From assembly GCA_030390025.1 (NCBI GenBank), contig CM059432.1, positions 120,220,001-120,284,000 on the forward strand: a stretch of DNA of 64,000 nucleotides, written 5' to 3'. Origin of the DNA: Squalus acanthias (taxonomy: Eukaryota). The notes beneath the pieces were generated by a model. That model searched no databases. It saw nothing but the letters and a program-made list of their open reading frames with translations, and was not told the DNA's origin. This document shows positions 50,603 to 62,423 of this stretch, in pieces; position 1 is the stretch's first letter; each line of letters begins with the position of its first letter. The position numbers and the translations under genes were made by a program.

Positions 50603-51860
50603 AGATCCTTGGGGGACACCAGAGATAACAATGTGGGAGCGGGAAGAGAAGCCATTGCAGGTAATTCTCTGGCTATGATTAGATAGATAAGAATGGAACC
50701 ATGCGAGTGCAGTCCCACCCAGCTGGATGACGGTGGAGAGGCGTTGGAGAAGGATGGAGTGGTCAACCGTGTCAATGTTTGCAGACAAGTCAAGAAGGAC
50801 GAGGAGGGATAGTTTACCTTTGTCACAGTCACAAAGGATGTCATTTGTGACTTTGATGAGAGCCGTTTCGGTACTGTGGCAGGGGCGGAAACCTTACTGG
50901 AGGGATTCAAACATGGCGTTACGAGAAAGATGGGCACGGATTTGGGAGGCAACAACCCATTCAAGGACTTTGGAGAGGAAAGGGAGGTTGGAGATGGGGC
51001 GGTAGTTTGCAAGGACGGAGGGGTCAAGGGTTGTTCTTTTGAGGGAGAGGGGTGATAACGGCAGATTTGAGGGGGAGGGGTGATAACAGCTGATTTGAGG
51101 GAGAGGGGGGCAGCACCTGAGGAGAAATGTCAGCTAAAATGGGAGCCAGAAAAGGAAGTTGGGTGGTCAGCAGTTTGGTGGGAATAGAATCAAGGGAGCA
51201 GGAGGTGGGTCTCATGGACAGGATGAACGTGGCGATGTCATGAGGGGAGATCAGAGAGAAACTGGAGAAAGATGTGAGTTCAGGGCTAGGGCAGGGGGGA
51301 ACCTTAGAGGAAGTTTGGCCCGGTGGGCTAGGGGAAGGAAGGGAAGTGGCAGAGGCAGCTGAATGGATGGTCGCCATATTAGAGACAAAGAAGTCCATGA
51401 GCTCCTCACACTTGTTGTCAGAGGTGAGGGTGGAGGAGACAGGGGAGAGGGATTTAAGAAGACGGTTAGCAGTGGATAGTAGAAGCCGAGGTTTATCTTT
51501 GCATTCCAGAATGATTCTGGAATAGTGAGCAATTTTGGCAGACGAGAGCGGGACCCGATAATGCTTTATGTGGTCCAGCCAGATCTGGCGGTGAATGGCT
51601 AAACCAGTTGTCCACCATATACATTCAAGTCTGCGTCCCTTTGAATTCAGGCTGCGAAGATGAGGGCTGTACCGGGGGAATGGCCAGGGTGAGAGAGAGT
51701 AATTGTTTTAATAGGGATTACGGCATCAAAGGTGGTGGTGAGGGTGTGGTTGAGCAGATCGGTAGCTGCAGAAATGTCGTGGTGAATGGAGGGCCAAAGG
51801 CTGGACAGTTGGAATTTTGTAAGTGCAGTTGTAAGAGAGTTGGGAGAGAGTTTTATCATT
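50603..51860 (-). mobile_element. L2-clade LINE ORF2 fragment
   Basis: PTSCSLDSIPTKLL, DTVDHSILLQRL...GTALAWFHSYLSNHSQ...GVPQGS are L2-type RT motifs. Confidence 0.88.
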
Positions 51861-53209
51861 AAGTAACCACTTTATAATCGAGTACAGTACTGAGTATTTG
51901 GATGAAACCATATGGCACATCCTGTGCAGTTCCCCATATTGTGATTAGCCTTTTCTTACATATTCTATGTGGATTTCAACGGTAAGGCTCTTTTTAAAAA
52001 ATCAGGCATGCGTCATAACACAAAAGAAATGCAAAAAAAGTGAAATCTCATGTTTACTGTCCCACTGATTTCCTTTATCTTTAAAATATTCTTATGAATT
52101 TACCGGACAGAATTTTCTGCTGGAGTTATACCTACTCCTTGCCATAACTCCAACAGACTGTGGCAGGAAATTCTAGAAGAGCTACCTCATTGAAAGTGAT
52201 GGGGGGACATAATCTGCACCCGAGCAACAATAGGCTCTCGGAAGGCCTGTACGTTCCTGGGCATCCAGTGTTGCTATGGCGGTAAAGGAACTTAAAATTT
52301 AAAGGGAGTCACAGCTTATGCACTCAATCGATAAGGTGATCTACTGCATAGGTCAAGGAACTTATGTTGAATAAAAAATGTTCAAAAATTTCATAAACCT
52401 GATCACCTATAGAGATCACTGGACTCTGAGGCCGACTATTTTATAACTCTCATCCCCGGCGATCTCCATGACAGAAGCTTGAAGCCTGCCTAAATTATTC
52501 AAGTTACCCTGGCTTCCAGAAATTGCCTGTGGTCGGGGTGGACAATTGGGGCAGGTGGAAGTCCCACTCTGCTGAAGAAGTGCCGAACTTCCACCAAACT
52601 GGAAAATCCAGGCTCAGCACATCTGATTGATATCCTATATTGACTCATCATTAAAACATAGCTAATGCACCTTTATAGTGCATAGCAATTTGGGCACTTG
52701 CCTTTGTTACACTGCAATTATTAGAATATAAAGGAGCAATATTTCACTTACCAAGGCAGATATTTCAATGGGTAAAAATATAGGGCCAATTTTCATTGTT
52801 TTTGACCTTAATTTAGTGGAATTCACTTCTGAAAAAAACAACAGAACCAATGCCAACCTAAAAAGAAATGGCTGCTGAACTTAACACTTCATTGTATAAT
52901 TTATTAGCACTCGCCAATCACCCATGGCATCGGCCATTCTGAGTTTCTGTTCAGTACTGTCTGAGGAGTTGGGCGAGGCAAAACTGATGCATTACAGTGT
53001 CACCAGTGGTGGGAGGGTGGAATTGCAGCACAGCAGGTTTACAAAGACAGTTTCCATGATAAGTGTGGACATAGGAATTTATATTGGGAAATGTTAACAC
53101 AAAAACTGAGAACTGGAAGTAAGGTTTGTCATGACAGGAAGTGCACACAGCCATAAGACTTTTAGTATATTATCGATGTGAGTAACAAATATGCTGTTAA
53201 TCCAATCTG

Positions 53210-54335
53210 GCCAATTACCGCCCCATCAGTCTACTCTAAATCATCAGCAAAGTGATGGAAGGTGTCTTCGACAGTGCTATTAAGTAGCACTTACTCATCA
53301 ATAACCTGCTCACTGATGCCCAGTTTGGGTTCTGCCAGGACCACTCAGCTCCAGACCTCATTAGAGCCTTGTCCAAACATGGACAAAGGAGCTGAATTCC
53401 AGAGGTGAAGTCAGAGTGACTGCCCTTGAAATCAAGGCAGCATTTGACCAAGTGTGGCATCAAGAAGCCCAAGTAAAATTGATGTCAATGGGAATCAGGG
53501 GGAAAACTCTCCACTGGCTGGAGTCATATCTAGTACAAAGGAAGATGGTTGTGGTTGTTGGAGGCCAATCATCTCAGCCCCAGAATATCACTGCAGGAGT
53601 TCCTCAGGGCAGTGTCCTAGGCCCAACCATCTTCAGCTGCTCCATCATAAGTTCTGAAGTGGGGATGTTCACTGAGGATTGCACAGTGTTCGGTTCTATT
53701 CGCAACTCCTCAGATAATGAAGCAGTCCATGCCCGCATGAAGCAAGAGCTGGACAACAGTCAGGCTTGGGTTGATAAGTGGCAGGTAACATTTGTGCCAC
53801 ACAAGTGCCAGGCAATAACCATCTCCAATAAGAGAAAGTCTAACCACCTCTCCTTGATATTCAATGGCATTACTATCGTTGAATCCCTCACCATCAACAT
53901 TCTGGGGGTCATCATTGACCAGAAACTTAGCTGGACCGGCCACATAAATACTGTGGCTACAAGAGCAGGTCAGAAAATGGGTATTCTGCGGCGAGTGACT
54001 CACCTCCTGACTCCCCAAAGCCTTTCCACCATCTACAAGGCACAAGTCAGGAGTGTGATGGAATACTCGCCACTTGCCTGGATGAGTGCAGCTCCAACAA
54101 CACTCAAGAAGCTCGACGCCATCCAGGACAAAGCAGCCCGCTTGATTGGCATCCGATCCACCACATTAAATATTCACTCTCTCCACCACCGGCGTACCAT
54201 GGCTGCAGTGTGTACAATCTACAAGATGCACAGCAGCAACTCACCAAGACTTCTTCGACAGCACCTCCCAAACCCGCGACCTCTATCACCTAGAAGGGCA
54301 AGGGCAGCAGGCGCATGGGAACACCATCACCTCCA
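53210..54335 (+). mobile_element. CR1/L2-group LINE RT fragment (distinct family); ORF 53416-54450 has degenerate catalytic motifs
   Basis: [26 protein letters not shown] in place of FADD, YKAQVRSVMEY, LDAIQDKAARLI. Confidence 0.88.
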
Positions 54336-54769
54336 AATTACGGGCCATCACTGGAGCAGCCTAGCAGAGAGGAAGATCAATCTCAAGGGACTCCGAACCA
54401 GGAATAGGCTTGACATTTTTACAGAAATGTCACAAATAAAATTTAGCTGAGATTATAATTTGTTTATAAAATCGGGAGAGTACTTTGAAAAAACCTTCTT
54501 CCCCATAGACATTCCTTTCCCTTTAATAAAAATGCATTTACACAAGTGACTGCTAGAAATCAATGTTTATGTGCACACCTGCTGTATAAGATTGAATCAG
54601 TCTTTGAACGTACGTGTAATATGGCCCCAGAATCACAAATTGAATAAGTTACATTCATTTCTTAAGCTCCAGAGTTTGATGTCTTAAGATATACCAAAAA
54701 CTAAAAGCAAACAAAATCAATAAGGCAAGTAATGCAGAACGAAATAGTTCAGAAGTTGATTGTCTGAAC

Positions 54770-57700
54770 TAGACAATTAATTACGCCGCTGGCAAAATTG
54801 GGCTCAGTTTACAAGTGCCCCGAGGGTTCCGAAATGGCGTCTGCGGCATGCGTGCGTACACTTCTGACACGAAGCGTGGCGGATGCCATCTTGGTAAAGG
54901 GGTTAGCACGTGCTCACTTAACGCCCACCGGAGGTATGCAGAGCAGGCAGATCATGTCGCCAATCAGCGTGCAATGCTGATTTGATGTCAGCGCTGCCAT
55001 TTTGGAGCTCCATGCTCCAGCCGACGCCTTCTCTCAACCTCGCACAGCTGAACTCGCATTAAGCAGCATGAAGGACCCCCCACCAGCGCTATTTAAAGGG
55101 ATCATCAACTACTTACAGGTTAGTTGCTGGTTGATTTCTCCTGGCTGTTGCTACATTTCTACACATTGTTGGTGCTTTCCATAGTTGTTTCAAATTTCAA
55201 AAGTCTACAGGAATTGGTGTGGCTGTTGCTGAAATACTTTTTGCTGACTTCAAGGCTTCTGCATAAAGCAGTTGCTCCCAGACATGGGTGCACTAGTAGG
55301 CCTCCTTCTTGGCATAGAGCATGACTGGGAGAATGAGCAGAGGTCATGCAGAGCAGGATAAGCTGCTAGAAGAGGGAGGAGGAGGAGGGGAAGGAAGAGG
55401 AGGCAAAGAAGAGGAGGAGGCAGAAGAGGAGGAAGAGGAAGGAAGGCTGCAACCTAGAGAGCCCCTTTCTACCTGGACTGTACATGAAGAACTAATTCAA
55501 GTGTGATGCCAATAACCTGAACCCCAAGTCCCCATTCAACAACAGCCCCACCCTCTGTCACTGATGATCACATCATCCTCTTGTCCACAAAACAAAAATA
55601 AAAGCCAACACAAAACACACATTCCAAACCAAATTTATGAATTAAATCATGCATATTGCATACAAAATGAAACTTAATCACCCTTTTGCATTCCCTAGTG
55701 CCTGTCTTCCATGTGCCTTTGCTTCTCCCAGTGCTTCTACGAAGTGCTACCCCAGTGGCTGCAGCATGGCTGGTGGAAGGTTGCAGACTTTCAGTGGAGG
55801 AGACTGCAGATGGACTTGGAGGACGACTTTGAGCAACTCTGGGTCTAGAAGGCTCGGCTGCGGACTGGACCATCTCGGCATGGGCGGCAGCAGTCTGGGC
55901 TGGCTTGCTGACAGGCAACAGCTAGGGTACTGGTGGAGTGGCAGAGGTGGGATCACAAATGCTGTCTTCCTGAGAGAGGACAGCATATTCGTGCTCCATG
56001 GAGCCACTGCCACTCCCCCGGGGCGGCACCTCAGCAATCCTAGTGGAGCACAGATTGCTGGACTGCTGTGACACCCTACAAGCCCCTTTCATCACTGGTA
56101 CACACAGCCATGATGGCAGCAAGCTGACCTTGCATGACAGCAGTCTGAGCTTCCACTGCGGCACTCAGACTTTTCGTGGAAGTTGCTTGTGCTGCAATGG
56201 AAGCTGAGACATCGGCCATCAAACACTGCATCATGGTTGGATTCACAAGTGTGTTGATGGAGTTGGCCACTAGCTTCATGCTGGAAAGGATGGGCTCCAA
56301 GCTCTGCGAAGCCCTGTGCCAAGTTGGTGCCGGACTTCTTCATGCTTTTTGACATTGAATCCAAGCTTTCTGGCAGGCTTCCCAATGCACCAAGCATTTA
56401 AATCCATCAGCCTTCTTCTGTAGCCAGGACCATCGAAGTCCTCATTGAGTCATCTGCAGCAGAACCCATGTACGACCTTGCCCTTCGGCGATCTGGCACC
56501 TGCGCTATCCTTGCCCCCTTCCCTGGCTGGTGTGCACTTGTGCCCGGTGTCTCACCACGTGCAGATGCTGCCTCTGTGCTATCCTCTAAGATAGCGCGCA
56601 GTGTCAGTATCTGAGCTCATGGCTGCGAGTGTGAAATCAACTGACGGTGTGTCTTCATCATCACTGTCTTCCTGGTCTTCCTCCATTGCCTGTGCAGGTT
56701 GCGGTACTTGGGTGCCTGAATCAAAAAAGGCACAAGGGTAATGTTGTGGTGAGGGGAGAGGGGAAAGTAAGAAGTGCATGCTTACACCATTGGCAGCTTG
56801 TAGGTCAGAAGAGATTGTGGGATGAAAGGGAAGTGGGATGTGAGATGGAGCATTAGGTATGAGGATACCATCATCTTCGATTGATTCAGTCCCACTGCTG
56901 GCCACGGCCTCAGCAATGGCTGTTCCAACGATGGCCAACACCGTCTCTTCCATGGGGATTAGAACATGCAGGCGCGTCTCTTCCCCCCCACTGTTAGTTC
57001 CTGCTGCCTCAGGTTGTGCGCCACCTTTTCCTGCAAGAGAGAGGGATGTGTGTCAATGAGTGTGGTGCAATCTGTTTGGGTGATGTGGCTGTCATGATTG
57101 ACTAGTTGGTAGTGTGTGCAAGCTGTGAGATGTGGGTGTGAGGCTTGCAACAGTGCTTACTGTATGTGAGGGTGAGGTGAAACATATGAATGTGAGGTAT
57201 GAGTCCTGATTGATAGAGATTGTTGGTAGGTGAGTGATGGGGGTGTGGTGAATTGAGCAGTGGCTGAGGCTAGTGGTGCAGTTGGTAGGAAATGTTATTT
57301 GAAGTTGCCACTCATGTGAGGTCATTAAACTTCTTGCGGCACTGCATCCAGGTCCTCGGGGCTAAACTCCTGGCATTTACCTCCGCAGCTATATGTTCTC
57401 ACTGCCTTGTCATTGTGTACTGGATGGGGTAGCGCCCCCTGAGGATACAGGACACCTTTCCTCCTTTCAACCTCCTCCACCAAGACCTCCAGTGCAGCAT
57501 CAAAAAACCTTGGTGCCCTCTCTCTCCCATGGTCAACCAATGTTGATTGTTGCACAGCACTATTCGGAATGATGTTAGCCCCTCCAGCAGCCACAATGCA
57601 CCTTCACTTTAAGCAGTGCAGGCTAGCTTTAAGTAGTGCTAGGATGGAACAATATTGGGCCCCCTGCTGATGCGTGCAGCCAATAAGCAGCGATGTTAGT

Positions 57701-57838
57701 GCTGGCTGCATGCTGCAATCATTAAAATGAGCAGACAGCATGAAGTTGGCATGCTGCCTGCATTACCTTGAACGGACGTGCAGTAATTTGGCATTGCGAT
57801 CCTCGCGCCATTTTCTGGGGCTATCCAATTTAGCCCCC
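54770..57838 (+). mobile_element. Harbinger derivative with collapsed transposase (55284-55506 on +) and degenerate Myb gene (~57540-55680 on -)
   Basis: HGRERAPRFFDAALEVLVEEVERRK, QEKVAHNLRQQELT, AQTAAAHAEMVQS...VALRRST. Right terminus CCAATTTAGCCCC. Confidence 0.82.
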
Positions 57839-57939
57839 ATGTGTTTTGCTGTGAGAAAATATCAAATCTTTTAAAATTAACTTAATTAAAATAGCATTGA
57901 ATCTTTGATTTTCTTTTAGGTAACAGTGCAGATTAACTC

Positions 57940-58038
57940 ACACCTCTCACTCAAACCTCCATCACTCACCCCTCCATTACTCACCTCTCCATCATTCACC
58001 CCTCCATCACTCATCCCTCTATCACTCACACCTCTCTT
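57940..58038. repeat. ~15-bp tandem repeat (TCACTCACCCCTCCA), about 6 copies
   Basis: Directly visible periodicity. Confidence 0.8.
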
Positions 58039-58164
58039 CAGAACAGTACTGTTGGCTGGTTGCTTTGAGGGGTACATATTACAAGTCAGCGCCCTTGGTA
58101 CAGAATATTGATTTACAGGAGGACAGATTGGACAATCAGATACAGAAGTCAATGCACCTAGTTT

Positions 58165-58572
58165 GTCAGCCATGGCTCAGTTGGTAGCACACTTGCCTCT
58201 GAGTCAGAAGGTTGTGGGTTCAAGTCCCACTCCAGAGACTTGAGCACAAAAATTTAGGCTGACACTCCAGTACAGTACTGAGGGAGTGCTACACTGTTGG
58301 AGGAGATGTTAAACCGAGGCCCCGTCTGCTCTCTCAGGTGGACGCAAAAGATCCTATGGCACTATTTTGAAGAATTCTATGCCAATATTTATTCCTCAAT
58401 CAACATAACAAAAGCAGATTATCTGGTCATTATTACATTGCTGTTTGTTGGACCTTGCTGTGCACAAATTGTCGCCCACGTTTCCTACATTACAACAGTG
58501 GCTGTACTTTATTGGCTGTAAAGTGCTTTGGGATGTCCGGTGGTCATGAAAGGCGCTATATAAATGCAAGTC
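58165..58572 (+). mobile_element. tRNA-derived DeuSINE-type SINE with short internal deletions
   Basis: A box TGGCTCAGTTGG, B box GGTTCAAGTCC, Deu-like core, tail GGCGCTATATAAATGCAAGTC. Confidence 0.82.
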
Positions 58573-59659
58573 TGTCTTTTTAATTTGTGGCCACCCCAAT
58601 TTTTTGCTTATTTAATTAATGGACAGAAAGGCTGCAATTTCCCGAAAGTCATGGGCTGCGATTTCCCGATGCACTCTCCCAGCAGGCAAGCCTCCATTCT
58701 GCACAAGCAGGAAATTTATCATCTAGTATTTTTTACAGATTTGTGCTGTGGTCCAAACCACCCAAAACTGGGCTGAGGTTATCTGAGCTCATTTCACAGA
58801 GTCCCCTTTCAGGTACAGGACAGACAAAACCTCCAACACCCTCAGTCTGGACTGGATACCAACCAAGGCTCCAGAAATGAAAGGATAATTAATGTACTAT
58901 GGCATACTGGTATTTTGTAACATCCTGTATTTAATGGGGATTTGTTCAGTTTGGTCTTTAAGTACTTAGAGAATTTTGATTTTTATAAACTGGAACATAG
59001 AAGCAGTTATATTTTCTGAATGAATTATGATAAACATATTCTCTACTGGTATTATAAAATGTCCATTTTTCTCTTGTGTTGTTGTCTTGGGAGAAAAACA
59101 ACAGTTGTCAATATTCAGGTATCGCAAGATATGGTATTTTGTAATCCGATAGTGTTATGACCTCAATAATATTTACAGGAAAATATGAGCATCCCCAAAA
59201 TGTATTTAAAATTGTGCTACATCTTTGGACGCACAGCCAATGTAAAACTGTATTGGATCATTCTATTTTAATAGTAAATACAGGAAATTTTGTGATAAAA
59301 TCACATTGATGTAACCTAAAAAAAATCTTAATATTAATTAGGTTTATTTTTGTATTTTCTGGAAAAGTCATGGACAGAGAAAATGACATGAGAATGACCC
59401 AGTCCCCATTTACTCGAAATAAATTATACACCATTGACATTTTACAAGTAGAAAGCATCACCTCTCCGAATAGTGAAAAAATCATCACAATATACACCTC
59501 ACCGTGACATTTCCATCCCAAAATGAGAAGGGCTGCAGAATTTTAAACAAGACAATTTTTACCAAATCAATAACTTCCAGTGGAAAAGCAATAAAATGTA
59601 TTATGAACAGGTGACTTGCTCTAAGTGTCTAATCCACCAAGTCAATGCTATGTTTATTA

Positions 59660-60392
59660 GGATACTGAGAAGCGTAGAGGAACAGAGAGACCTTGGAGTG
59701 CATGTCCACAGATCCCTGAAGATAGGAGGACAGGTAGATAAGATGATTAAGAAGGCATACAGGATACATTCCTTTATTAGCCGAGGCATAAAATATAAGA
59801 GCAGGGAGGTTATGCTTGAACTGTATAAAACACTAATTAGGCCATAGCTAGAGTACTGCGTACAGTTCTGGTCACCACATTACAGGAAAGATGTGATTGC
59901 ATTAGAGAGGGTACAGATAAGATTTACGAGGATGTTGCCAGGATTGGAGAATTTTAGCTATGAACAAAGATTGGATAGGCTGGGATTGTTTCCTTTGGAA
60001 CAGAGGAGGCTGAGGGGAGACTTGATTGAGGTGTATAAAATTATTGGGGCCTAGATAGAGTCGATAGGAAGGACCTATTTCCCCTAGCAGAGAGGTCCAT
60101 AACCAGGGGGCATAGATTTAAAGTGATTGGTAGAATGATTGGAGGGGAGTTGAGGAGAACTTTTTTCACCAAGAGGGTGGTGGGGGTCTGGAACTCACTG
60201 CCTGAAAGGGTGGTAGAGGCAGAAACCCTCATCACATTTAACAAGTATTTGGATATGCACTTCAAGTGCCGTAACCTACAAGGCTACGAACCAAGAGCTG
60301 GAAAGTGAGATTATGCTTTTTCAGCCGGTACAGACATGATGGGCCGAATGGCCTCCTTCTGTGCCGTAAATTTCTATAATTCTATGATTCTA
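59660..60392 (+). mobile_element. CR1 LINE 3' fragment
   Basis: EQRDLGVHVHRSLK, FFTKRVVGVWNSLP; (TTCTATRA)n tail. Confidence 0.93.
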
Positions 60393-61378
60393 TTTAATAT
60401 TTGTTGGGGTGAGACTCAGTCCTTTGCAATGCAATTTTCTTATCATTTACCTTTTTTGACCAGGCCACCCTGCTTACCATGAGGAGACGGGGAACCTGTC
60501 CTCTGGCAGGTACACTGCAGATGCAGCTCGGGGTGACGCTCCCTAAGATCTTCCTGCGCAGGAATGCCCAACCTCAAATCACTGCTTGTCAGTCCTTGGA
60601 TTGCGGGCTCGGGGCGCGAGATATTGCAGGACTAATGCTGTGTGCTAACACTCTGTGGCTCAGTATGTTGGAGCTCCAAAGTATTCTTCCAGCAGTTTAA
60701 CTCTTTCAAATATCTGCTGACTTGGCATTTATCCTACTCATTAATATCCCATTAGGTAGCCCTAATAGAGTCATTTAGCAAAAGCTGTATGACATTACAA
60801 TTGATTCTGCACGTCAATTATGATGTAGCTCTCAATATAAAACCAGCCATTGCTGTTTTGAGGTTTTTGTTACAATCCCTCCTTACAACTATTGGACTGT
60901 AATCTCTTTCTAATTACTATGTGTTCATGCATGGCTCAGTGGAACATTTTCTGTAAGAAGTAGAATAGTTAGAAAGAAATTAGTTTATGAGTATTTAATT
61001 GAAGGGTAAAATTCGAATTGTGGCAGTAGTTGTTGAGACCAGAACACAGTGGCCTAGAAATGCAATAACGTCACGCTCCTTTTTCAGGCGCTGAACGGGC
61101 AAGCAGGAAGTGCGCCATGGCCATATTGGTAGAGACAATAATTCTGTATTTAGGCTGCAACTCTAATGTGTCTAGTGGATTGTCACTGCAACATAAAAGG
61201 AAGTAACATGAAGATCCTGCAGCCACATATATTTTCAATCTTCTAACTTTTATTTTATATATTATGTCTTCCTTCTATTGGAGCCAATTACTGTAATCAC
61301 GTTTCTCTTTTGCACAATTTACTTGCTTTTGTCCTCTGCCTTTACTGACTTGCTCTTCATTATGGAGCTGGGAATCGC

Positions 61379-61952
61379 AGCCCAGAAATTCGTTGACGCC
61401 GCGCCAGTTTTACAGGTGTAAACGGCACCTATGCGTCCAATATGGCGGTAGGCGCACGCACATTCCATACCGGAACTGCGCTGCCCGCCATATTGGTAAA
61501 GGCTGAAGTATAGGCGTCCAGGGCCCATGCCTAAACCAGATGTTAGACCCTTTCCATTTGCAAATAAGGGGCCTAACAACTGTTTGAGGCCCCCTGTACG
61601 AAATTAGATTGCCCTGAACGCAGCCGGCATGGTTTTTCATGCTACCTAATTGTCGGTCCTTAAAGGGATTGTCACATCCCCCCCGATCTTTACCAACACA
61701 CCCCCCCATCCCCGTGCTCCTCCATCCGCCCTCGGCCCCCCCTCCATCCCTCCCTCCCTCCTCTTTGTGGCCTAGTGCCACAGTCCTACCCGACCGGAGC
61801 CAGGCAGCCTCTCAATCTGGCTGGCTGCGGGTGGGAGACAGAGGCCTTGCATGCATATCAGGCCCTGTCATTAAAGTCGGCAGGGCCTGCGGGAAACCCG
61901 GCCTCCCAGATTTCCCAATCACCTCGGAGCCTTCCCCATTAAAATCCAGCCC
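61379..61952. mobile_element. Harbinger-type non-autonomous element or composite MITE
   Basis: Starts GCCCAGAAATTC and ends TAAAATCCAGCCC; both termini resemble other MITEs in the window. Confidence 0.5.
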
Positions 61953-61954
61953 AG

Positions 61955-62423
61955 TATTTCAAGTGAGGCCTGACCAGGGTCTTGTACAAGGACAAAATAG
62001 TGTGCCTCATTTTATAATCAATTGTCCTCTGAATGCACCCCAACACCCTTTCGCTTTAGCTATCACTTCATGGCATTGCTCATGACTTTTAGAGATCTAT
62101 GTACTAGAACACCCAGATTACTTTCTTTCTCCATCTTCTTTAATGCTTTCCCCTGACGGGTGTATGTATGTTGAGCATTCACCCTGCTCACATGCATAAC
62201 ACTGCACTTTTCCAAATTAAACATAATTTGCCAGTCACAAGATCAATTCCCCAACACATCAAGATCCGCCTGAGGCAGTAGGGCATCATCGACAGTCCTA
62301 ACACCCGCATAGATCTTAGTATCATCTGCAAATTTGCAGATCATCATGCCTCCAACACCTACATCTAGATCATTAATAAAACTAGTAAAGAACAACGGTC
62401 CCAACACCAATCCTTGCAGGACA
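61955..62423 (-). mobile_element. CR1-type LINE RT fragment, cut by the LTR insertion
   Basis: Minus strand encodes VLQGLVLGPLFF...INDLD...CKFADDTKI and LYKTLVRPH motifs. Confidence 0.8.

Noticed and set aside
53416..54450. Functional 344-aa reverse transcriptase
   Set aside because: Catalytic motifs are mutated (LEIK for LDIK, FTED for FADD), there are upstream stops, and the C-terminus runs into non-LINE flank.
58165..58240. tRNA gene (also ~13995-14066 and ~17280-17370 on -)
   Set aside because: The A/B boxes are SINE heads followed by SINE body and tail; no proper acceptor stem or terminator.
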